From Lama guanicoe (taxonomy: Eukaryota): a stretch of DNA of 64,000 nt. The DNA lies in NCBI GenBank assembly GCA_013239625.1, contig MU054117.1:4640677-4704676 (forward strand), given 5' to 3'. Below, in pieces: positions 62,031 to 64,000 of this stretch. The notes beneath the pieces were generated by a model that worked only from the letters and a program-made list of their open reading frames with translations, had not been told where the DNA came from and made no database searches. Each line of letters starts with the position of its first letter. Positions within the stretch are counted from its first letter, which is position 1. The translations under genes and the position numbers were made by a program.

Positions 62031-63124
62031 CAAGCTGAGAATTCTAACATGCAGCCAGAATTGAACGGCTTGGTCTACAGGGGGAAAAGTAAATCTAAGC
62101 TCTTCGTCCCGGCCGGCATTCAAGACTCCTAGTTACTTGGCACTACATTTCCTACCCAAACTTATCTCCCACTATTAGAGAAAGGCTCACTGTGTGTTCA
62201 CAATCATTAACTTTGTCCTATGTCAGTATTCCTACCTTTGCTCACATGCCTATGTCCCCAGGACCAGGCTGCCCCCTCCCACCCGACTTACCCACTCGAA
62301 CTATTTCCTGTTCTTCAAAGTTTCTCCCCATAGACATTATTGTCCATATTTAACACCAATTCCCTATTTCCATCAGCTGAAATTTCCCAAAATTTAGTTC
62401 AAATGTCATCTCTTCAACAAATAACTTTTCTGACCCCTCCCCCAGCTAAAAAAAGAACTAATTTTCCTATTCAGTTATCACGTCCAAATTCGTATGTTTA
62501 CATATATATCTGTTAAGTAGAATGAAAGCTACTGAGAATCAGGAACCAACCCTGACTTATTGATTATGTCCCTCCAAATAACCCTGCACATAATGGTTCA
62601 GTGTTTATTGAATAAAAATGTTACATACTGTTTCACATCAAAAACAAGATTGTTTTGTTCTTGAAAACATGATCTTATATATCTTCACAGCAGGAAGTAG
62701 TCTATACATGCCTGTTGAATTGAACTATCAATGTCCTCATCACCAATAATCACACATCCTACTAAAGCATGTGCATGTATTCTTCAGGGCACCTTGCACG
62801 TAGCAGAGTCTCAAATATTTTGATTTTCTCTTCTCCAGTCCTACCAAATTATGAAAGGATCCCAGAATTACTCATACTTCACACCAACCTCTCCATTCTC
62901 ACATCCAGCTCCTCTCCAGCCATCCTTGTGAAAACTCATTCCTGTCAAGATCCAAGACTCCCATATACATTTCCATGAGTCCCAGGATCATAATACATGT
63001 TCACATAGAGCCACCAATCCATTTCTCCAAAATCTACTCTTCACTTAACACATGCTTACTAATCTGGCTTCACTTCTGTTGAGCCTTCCAGAAGATGAAG
63101 TCCCAGCAAAGACATGAGATGTGA

Positions 63125-63590
63125 CTGAGGTAGATCATCTGCAGATATGGCTGTGGACACTTCCTCACATCCCCATAATTGCATGCAGCTTCTCTGATCT
63201 AAAAAACAAGTACATTTCCACACAGCCTTGAATCTGGGCTGGGCTGTGATTTATTAAACTGGTAGAATGCAGCACAAGTGACACCAAGTCACTTCCTGGC
63301 CTATGTCTATCAAATCTTGAAGCTTCCACTTTTCCCTTTGGACTCAAGCCTCCATAAAAAGAAGTTTGGGCTAGCTGAACTACTGATTAATGATACCACA
63401 TAGTAAAAAAAAAAACTCAGCCATTCTAACTAAGGCACTAGACATGTCAGTGAAGACATCTTGGACATTATAGTTCTAACCAAGCTCCCAGCAGAATGCT
63501 GGGATTGACCTTCAATCCACACCAAATAGTGCAGAACTGCCCCGCTGAGCCCAGATAAACCAGAGAATATGAATTAATAAATTGTTGTTT
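63125..63590 (+). mobile_element. MLT1-type LTR
   Basis: CCTTGAATCTGGGCTGG.CTGTGA, CCCGCTGAGCCCAG and AATAAATTGTTGTTTT motifs. Confidence 0.7.
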
Positions 63591-64000
63591 TCACTCCAAC
63601 ATTCACAGCAGCACTATTTACAATAGCCAAGACATGGAAACAACCCAAGTGCCCATCAACGACTGGCTTAAGAAGAAGTACGTGGTGGAATATTACTAAG
63701 CCATAAAAAAGAATGAAATAGTGCTGTCTGCAGAACATGGATCGACCTAGAGATTATCATATGACATGAAGTCAGACAGGGAAAGACAAATATATGATGT
63801 CACTTATACATGGAATCTAAAAAATAATACAAGTGAATCTATATACAAAACAGAAACAGACTCACAGACATAGAAAACAAACTTATGGTTACAAAAGAGG
63901 AAAGAGAGGGAGGAGAAGGATAAATTGGGAGTATGGGATTAACAAATACAACTACACATAAAATAGATAAGCTACAAAGATTTCCTATATAGCACAGGGA
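63591..64000 (+). mobile_element. Lineage-specific L1 3' end (runs off the window)
   Basis: ACATGGAAACAACCCAAGTGCCCATC...AGAAACAGACTCACAGACATAGAAAACAAACTTATGGTTAC; same family as 14896-15421. Confidence 0.85.

Noticed and set aside
1..64000. CRISPR arrays, operons, prophage or another novel multi-gene system
   Set aside because: The sequence is intron-containing mammalian DNA with conserved synteny. There are no regularly spaced repeat-spacer arrays and no unexplained long ORFs.

Overview
This is mammalian genomic DNA, very probably from a camelid (alpaca, llama or camel), judging by about 11 copies of a tRNA-derived Vic-1-type SINE and camelid-type L1 3' ends. It is the conserved LTBR-CD27-TAPBPL-VAMP1 locus. 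The LTBR 3' UTR occupies 1-~615 (+). A ~36 kb repeat-rich intergenic stretch follows (L1, L2, MLT/ERV LTRs, Tigger, MER3, SINEs). The three complete genes are CD27 (6 coding exons, 36789-39986, +), TAPBPL/TAPBPR (7 coding exons, 40951-47008, +) and VAMP1 (5 coding exons, 54341-50058, -), followed by more repeats. I see no new multi-gene system and no prokaryote-type feature; almost all ORFs in the six-frame track are repeat- or GC-derived noise. Three lineage-specific changes inside the known genes stand out. (1) VAMP1 has Ile instead of Lys at residue 61, the residue shared by the BoNT/F (Q60-K61) and BoNT/D (K61-L62) scissile bonds. (2) CD27 exon 4 has no GT at the expected donor position; the best donor lies 66 nt downstream and is in frame, predicting a 22-aa longer stalk. 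(3) TAPBPL ends in a short tail exon, while the apparent homologue of the human terminal exon lies ~800 nt downstream behind a TG instead of an AG acceptor. Comparisons with human and mouse proteins are from memory, not from a search, and repeat boundaries and subfamily names are approximate.
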